DNA of 64,000 bases from IMG/VR virus record IMGVR_UViG_3300034092_002634, positions 1 through 64,000 of that record. One strand, 5' to 3'. The translations under genes were made by a program, and so were the position numbers. Positions 59,824 through 64,000 of the stretch are shown one piece after another (positions within the stretch are counted from its first letter, which is position 1; each line of letters starts with the position of its first letter). The DNA is from a virus. A model generated the notes under the pieces. It was not told where the DNA came from. It did no database searches and saw only the letters and a program-made list of their open reading frames with translations.

Positions 59824-60075
59824 ATGCACAAGTATGACGTTGAGTGCGAGTGTGTCGAGTGTCAGAAATCCTGGAGGGTGGAGCACATCTGGGAGACCGT
59901 CAACTCCCAGGCGGAAGCAGACTGGACTTTCTCGGGTGACACCGAGGACGAGGTCGTCGCCGCTGCGTACAAGCGCAAAGAGACTCTTCGCCCCACTGAA
60001 GAAGAGTGGATGGCTGTGGAGGACAAGTTCTTTCTCTACAAAAAGGGGAAGTTCTTGGGAGAGTTTTCCCTTTAG
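59824..60075 (+). CDS. Protein with HxYDVECECxxC motif
   Basis: MHKYDVECECVECQK; AAGGAG RBS. Confidence 0.75.
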   Translation: MHKYDVECECVECQKSWRVEHIWETVNSQAEADWTFSGDTEDEVVAAAYKRKETLRPTEEEWMAVEDKFFLYKKGKFLGEFSL

Positions 60076-60081
60076 TAGTCC

Positions 60082-60115
60082 ACGTGGTAGTCGGATAACC
60101 ACGTTAAACACCGAC
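60082..60115 (+). ncRNA. Pseudoknot class C, copy 2
   Basis: S1 acgtgg/ccacgt, S2 gtcgg/ccgac, L3 taaaca. Confidence 0.8.
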
Positions 60116-60149
60116 ATCATTTTATGTGCAAAAGCACAAGGAGAATCCA

Positions 60150-60626
60150 ATGCCTAATTGGTGCAGTAACGTTGTTCAACTCAGCAAAGACGGGTACGAC
60201 TTTACGAGCATGGAAAAACGCATCCCTACCGAGGGACTCTATGCGCAATTCCTTCCCGCACCCGAGGGACTTGACGACCACCAACTGACGGATTGGTGCT
60301 ACGAGAATTGGGGCGTTAAGTGGGACACCCAGAACGCAGATGCCGGCGTCGATGGCGACCGCATTCAACTGTGTTTTGATAGCCCATGGAGCGCACCACG
60401 GCAGTGGCTCGCCTATATGGTGAGCATCGGGTTCGATGTCCGAGGTGCATTCTGGGAGCCAGGCATGGCCATGGGCGGTGTCTACACTACCTTGCACGAT
60501 GGAGCACTAGTTGCTCCAGCATTGGAGTGGACGCAGGACAACCTCGTCGAACGGGGTAGCGAAATGTACGAATATCTCATCAGTTACGGACTGATCTCAG
60601 AAGATGATGAAATGATCAACGACTAG
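60150..60626 (+). CDS. DUF1281/YubB ferredoxin-like fold protein
   Basis: MPNWCSN...DWCYENWGVKWD...FDSPWSAP...FWEPGM. Confidence 0.8.
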   Translation: MPNWCSNVVQLSKDGYDFTSMEKRIPTEGLYAQFLPAPEGLDDHQLTDWCYENWGVKWDTQNADAGVDGDRIQLCFDSPWSAPRQWLAYMVSIGFDVRGAFWEPGMAMGGVYTTLHDGALVAPALEWTQDNLVERGSEMYEYLISYGLISEDDEMIND

Positions 60627-60631
60627 CTCGC

Positions 60632-60665
60632 ACGAGGTAACCGGCAAACCTCGTTAAACACCGGT
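60632..60665 (+). ncRNA. Pseudoknot class C, copy 3
   Basis: S1 acgagg/cctcgt, S2 accgg/ccggt, L3 taaaca. Confidence 0.8.
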
Positions 60666-60695
60666 ATCTTTTTATGCTCACGAAAGGAGCACGGT

Positions 60696-60965
60696 ATGTT
60701 GTATTGCATGATGGCGGTGTCTCGATGGCTTACTGGTGACCCGGACTTCGGGTACGATGGGGAGATGATCCCCAAGGTCACCGCGGTGATCTACATCCGT
60801 GAACAGCCCTTTGAGGACTGGGAGCGGGAGGAAGGCAGGAATATCTGGAAAATCAAGCTCGGTGAGTCTACTGTTGTGTCAATGCATAGGTGGACAACTG
60901 ATCTCTCTCCAGTGGAGATCAGTACCAAGCATGACTGCGAAGTCATTGACTGGTCCAAGCGGTAA
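60696..60965 (+). CDS. Hypothetical protein
   Basis: AAGGAG RBS; 89 aa. Confidence 0.65.
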   Translation: MLYCMMAVSRWLTGDPDFGYDGEMIPKVTAVIYIREQPFEDWEREEGRNIWKIKLGESTVVSMHRWTTDLSPVEISTKHDCEVIDWSKR

Positions 60966-60974
60966 GTGGAGATC

Positions 60975-61008
60975 TCGGAGTGAGGGGATAACCGATGTAA
61001 CTTCCTCA
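60975..61008 (+). ncRNA. Pseudoknot class B, copy 6
   Basis: S1 tcgg/ccga, S2 tgagg/cctca. Confidence 0.75.
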
Positions 61009-61041
61009 ATAGTTATATTAGCTCTTGAAAGGAGCAACGCT

Positions 61042-61670
61042 ATGCAAGTACTGCAAGCACGGGGAATTATCCTGGAAAATCTGGAAGCGCTTCGCGAGTT
61101 CAAGCCCGAGGACTTGCGGCTGGTTGCGTTATACAACGCAGCAGCAGGGCAGTCCTGGGCCGAGTTCAACCTTATCCGCACAACGTGTGCGGACTGGGAC
61201 GAGCTCACCTACAACAACTTTGAGGAGGAAGACCTCAAGAATTTGTGGGACGAACTCTCTGAGCATTTCAGCAAAATCTGGGAAGGAACCAAGTAATGCG
61301 AGTACGTGGCAAGCAGCCGCATGTCTATCGTGAGTCAGAAACGGCTACGATAGCGCGGTACACCAACTTGCTCCCTCCTGTGTACGAGGCAAGTGCACAG
61401 GAGTGGAAGGTGTTTGGCCGTCAGGATACCATTGTCCGTGTTGGTACGCGGGCGACTATGCTGACGTATCTCAAGGGTAGGCGCGATCAGTATACTCGTA
61501 TGCACGGATACGAGGATTTGACTGACCCCTGCCTCAGGCTGAGGTGGGATACTAGTCTGCGGTGCTTTCACGTGACAGAGCCGCAGTTGGACCTACCCGT
61601 GTTCTCAGGTACTAAGTACATGTGTACGTGGTATCTGGTTGGCCGGTCGGACGAGTTCCAAGGCCTGTAG
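61042..61670 (+). CDS. Two coupled hypothetical genes (61042-61296; 61296-61670)
   Basis: AAGGAG RBS; TAATG coupling. Confidence 0.65.
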
Positions 61671-61673
61671 TGT

Positions 61674-61704
61674 GTTGACAACGCTCACCTGTGTCGGATG
61701 TGAG
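61674..61704 (+). ncRNA. Pseudoknot class A, copy 3
   Basis: S1 aca/tgt (or gaca/tgtc), S2 ctcac/gtgag, L3 ggat. Confidence 0.7.
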
Positions 61705-61746
61705 AAAGTAATTATAGCCCTGAGGGGCAAGAAGGAGAGTGTGACT

Positions 61747-62025
61747 ATGGGTAAGGTTATCACCGCAGCGGTCTTCATCAGCATGTTCAACAGCTCATTC
61801 CGGGACAGGCTCGAGTGGATGAGTGAGGAAGTTCGCGACCTCACGGTGGACGCGCTCACCCGGGAAGGCTACGACGAGGACGATTTGCGTCGGATGTCGG
61901 ATGCCTTTGCCAAGCTGGAGGAAAAGTCCAGCGACTTGATCGAGACAGACTACGCCAACGATCTGCTGAACGTGGACGAAGAGAGTCTCGATGAGGGTTA
62001 CTACTCGGATGGTGAAGACGAGTAG
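61747..62025 (+). CDS. Highly acidic small protein
   Basis: AAGGAG RBS; D/E-rich. Confidence 0.7.
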   Translation: MGKVITAAVFISMFNSSFRDRLEWMSEEVRDLTVDALTREGYDEDDLRRMSDAFAKLEEKSSDLIETDYANDLLNVDEESLDEGYYSDGEDE

Positions 62026-62034
62026 TAGGTAGCG

Positions 62035-62067
62035 GACTGGCAACTCTCGCCTGCGTCGGATGCGAGG
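62035..62067 (+). ncRNA. Pseudoknot class A, copy 4
   Basis: S1 gac-(tg)-gca/tgc-gtc, S2 ctcgc/gcgag, L3 ggat. Confidence 0.75.
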
Positions 62068-62109
62068 AAGTAATGTATAGCCCTGAGGGGCAAGAAGGAG
62101 AGTGTGACT

Positions 62110-62571
62110 ATGGGGACTCAGCATTGCGTCTTGATCCAGGACCGTTTCGACAACGAGGCCAAGTTCAACTTGGTCATCACCCACGACGTACCCTTCCACC
62201 CGGAAGCGGTCTTGTGGATTGCTCAGCTGTACACGGCAAAGCGTTGGGGGTCACAGCCCGACGTGTACCGCACTGCCGAGCTCGATGTCAGCGTCGACTG
62301 GAACGACATCGTGTACGTTCCGGCGCTAAATGTCCTGGACTTCGAGTCCTCGGACTACTGGCCAACACAGAAGCAGCTGAGGTTGGCTCGGATGGCGTTG
62401 GATTCGTACCGTATGTTTTATGACGAGTTGGCAAGGCAGGAGAAGATTATCTCCGGCTATGTCCGTCAGGAGATGCACAAGCAGTACGGTGAGGACACCG
62501 TCGCTATGCGTCTTCCCACCTTCCACAGCCGTGCTTCGGCATTGGACATCCTAGTTCATCTGGCACGGTAA
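62110..62571 (+). CDS. Hypothetical protein
   Basis: AAGGAG RBS; about 153 aa. Confidence 0.7.
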   Translation: MGTQHCVLIQDRFDNEAKFNLVITHDVPFHPEAVLWIAQLYTAKRWGSQPDVYRTAELDVSVDWNDIVYVPALNVLDFESSDYWPTQKQLRLARMALDSYRMFYDELARQEKIISGYVRQEMHKQYGEDTVAMRLPTFHSRASALDILVHLAR

Positions 62572-62577
62572 GTCCAC

Positions 62578-62611
62578 ACGAGGTAGCCGGCGAACCTCGT
62601 TAAACACCGGT
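62578..62611 (+). ncRNA. Pseudoknot class C, copy 4
   Basis: S1 acgagg/cctcgt, S2 gccgg/ccggt (G-U), L3 taaaca. Confidence 0.8.
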
Positions 62612-62648
62612 ATAGTATTATAAGTGCAAGAGCACAAAGGAGAGCAAG

Positions 62649-62975
62649 ATGCGTTACTCAATCAAGTTCGTGGCGAGTGCGAAGAAGTCCGTTCCCTTCG
62701 GCCTGGGTATGAGCAAGAAGTTCCACGACGCTGTGTGGAAGGGTGGGTGTAAGCGCCAGTGGCACGACATTGGTATCAAGGCCACGGAGTACTGCCTGCG
62801 GACACGTTCGTGCATGATCGACGTCGAGGCCTCGGACGCTGCTGAGTTGTCGTTTAAGCAGGAGGTGTGCCAGAGCCTGGTCGACTACATCTGGCAGGCA
62901 AGCAACAAGCCCTTTACAAGCGTAGAGGTGTTCGAGACGTGGAGTCACAAGGTTATCTACAAGGCTGATCTCTAG
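62649..62975 (+). CDS. Hypothetical protein
   Basis: AAGGAG RBS; 108 aa. Confidence 0.7.
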   Translation: MRYSIKFVASAKKSVPFGLGMSKKFHDAVWKGGCKRQWHDIGIKATEYCLRTRSCMIDVEASDAAELSFKQEVCQSLVDYIWQASNKPFTSVEVFETWSHKVIYKADL

Positions 62976-62979
62976 GAAT

Positions 62980-63011
62980 GTCTGGCAACTCCCACCTGCG
63001 ACGGATGTGGG
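62980..63011 (+). ncRNA. Pseudoknot class A, copy 5
   Basis: S1 gtc-(tg)-gca/tgc-gac, S2 cccac/gtggg, L3 ggat. Confidence 0.75.
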
Positions 63012-63050
63012 CAAGCAAAGCAATGTGCAAGTGCACAAAGGAGCAACAGC

Positions 63051-63911
63051 ATGTCTGATGTCAAAGTCCCTGCAGCAGAGCGTATTGGGTCCGCGATGGT
63101 TGAGAAGCTGATCGAGTCACTCGAAGCGGGAGTGGCAAACGGTCAATGGAAGCAGCCGTGGACAACGTCAAAGCAGATCAATGCGGTCACCGGGGCTAGC
63201 TACTCCGGTGCCAATGCGATCAACTTGATGTTGATTGGCGCGGAATGCCCTTACTGGGCTACCTTCAATCAGTGGTCGACAGCCGGTTACCGTATTCCAC
63301 AGGGTACGGAATCCAGCGGTTTTGTCCACACCCCTCCGAGACGGAACAAGAAGACGGAGAGCGGCGAAGAGATCACCATATTCGTCCCATCAAAGACGTT
63401 TGTGGTGTTCAACGGTTCACAAGTCGTTGACGCCGATGGCAACCCGTTCACGTGGGAATCTTCGCCACCTGTTCCGGTTCTTCCAGAGATCGAGGCCTTC
63501 TTCGCCAAGCACAATCCAACGATTGTGCATGACGATCCCAGTAGTGCATATTATCATCCGTCGAAAGACTTGATCAATATGCCGCCGATCAACTCGTTTG
63601 TTGACAATGTTTCATACTATGGAACGTTAGCGCACGAGATGATTCACTGGACTGCACACAAGGACCGGCTGGATCGCGATCTGTCTCAGTATGGCCGTGA
63701 TCGTAAAGTACGCGCATTCGAAGAACTCATAGCTGAGTTCGGCGCGGCCATTATCGGTAGTGAACTTGGTCTAACTACTGAGGTGAGAGATGACCATCTG
63801 CAGTATCTAGCTTCTTGGCTATCCTCCCTTAAGGAGGATAAGACGGTACTGCGGCGGGCGGTTACCGAAGCAGGTAAGGCTTCAGCCTACGTCAGCAGAG
63901 ATGCTGAGTAG
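63051..63911 (+). CDS. ardC: ArdC-family antirestriction protein (ssDNA-binding domain + zincin metallopeptidase)
   Basis: WKQPW, N..TG..YSGAN, WATFNQW, VFNGSQV, AYYHPSKDLINMP, LAHEMIHWT, EELIAE, YLASWL. Confidence 0.92.
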   Translation: MSDVKVPAAERIGSAMVEKLIESLEAGVANGQWKQPWTTSKQINAVTGASYSGANAINLMLIGAECPYWATFNQWSTAGYRIPQGTESSGFVHTPPRRNKKTESGEEITIFVPSKTFVVFNGSQVVDADGNPFTWESSPPVPVLPEIEAFFAKHNPTIVHDDPSSAYYHPSKDLINMPPINSFVDNVSYYGTLAHEMIHWTAHKDRLDRDLSQYGRDRKVRAFEELIAEFGAAIIGSELGLTTEVRDDHLQYLASWLSSLKEDKTVLRRAVTEAGKASAYVSRDAE

Positions 63912-64000
63912 TTTACATATACCGGTTAGCTCTCACAGAAAGGGGGTGATTACCACTTGCCACCATTCGGATTCATGGTGTTAGTTTTCTTCCATCTCCG

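Noticed and set aside
60073-62067. Stop-codon readthrough or frameshift stimulators
   Set aside because: The spacing is suggestive, but two sites have double stops (TAG TAG at 60073 and 62023), stops are a mix of TAA and TAG, and each downstream gene has its own RBS
57502-62611. Class B/C elements as pistol, twister or HDV-like (theta) ribozymes
   Set aside because: The resemblance is partial (pistol P1 plus UUAAA; a UAA before a stem; HDV P1/P2 topology). Pistol P2/P3, twister P4/T2 and HDV P3/L3 are all missing.
57502-62611. preQ1-I, SAM-II or guanidine-III riboswitches, or ToxI mimics
   Set aside because: The conserved ligand-binding nucleotides do not match, and S2' does not overlap the RBS. 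ToxI mimics are near-identical tandem repeats rather than covarying dispersed copies. A formal Rfam search is still needed.
56643-63011. Elements as intrinsic terminators or sigma70 promoters
   Set aside because: No U-tracts follow the stems, no consistent -35/-10 pair is present, and the stem sequences covary rather than being conserved
56040-63051. Intergenic repeats as a CRISPR array
   Set aside because: The repeats are not identical, the intervening sequences are whole genes of 180-630 nt, and no cas genes are present
63912-64000. A further class B pseudoknot after ardC (acttgccaccatt)
   Set aside because: No S1/S2 pairing can be built; it is better read as an RBS hairpin plus a TTG-initiated ORF running off the window
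1-64000. tRNA/rRNA genes, integrase, or alternative genetic code
   Set aside because: None was seen by eye; long ORFs are intact under the standard code and TAG is used as a normal stop. tRNAscan was not run.

Overview
This window is part of a large tailed dsDNA phage genome, probably a siphovirus. Host assignment is uncertain; a few weak hints point to Chloroflexota. 1-39.5 kb (minus strand) is the virion module: prohead protease/scaffold, major capsid, head-tail joining proteins, tail tube, chaperones, baseplate, fibres, a glycosyltransferase and an SSB. It also holds a 6477-aa protein in the tape-measure position with five recognisable enzyme domains (PP2C phosphatase, Nudix, ADP-ribosyltransferase-like, DEDDh exonuclease, SNase nuclease). 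39.8-55.6 kb (plus strand) holds MazG, a class II ribonucleotide reductase, an intein-containing terminase, the portal, a lysis cassette, a Ycf45-like ATPase and small genes. 55.9-64 kb (plus strand) is a run of small, probably early genes ending in ardC. The main finding is in this last block: all 16 true intergenic spacers between 56.0 and 63.05 kb carry a structured RNA starting 2-10 nt after the upstream stop codon. One is a canonical type II hammerhead ribozyme. The other 15 are compact H-type pseudoknots of two architectures with compensatory base changes, and two of them carry an extra tandem pseudoknot. I do not recognise these pseudoknots as any known family. They may form an undescribed mRNA processing or protection system, possibly including new small self-cleaving ribozymes. 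All structures and domain calls were made by eye; no database search or folding software was run.
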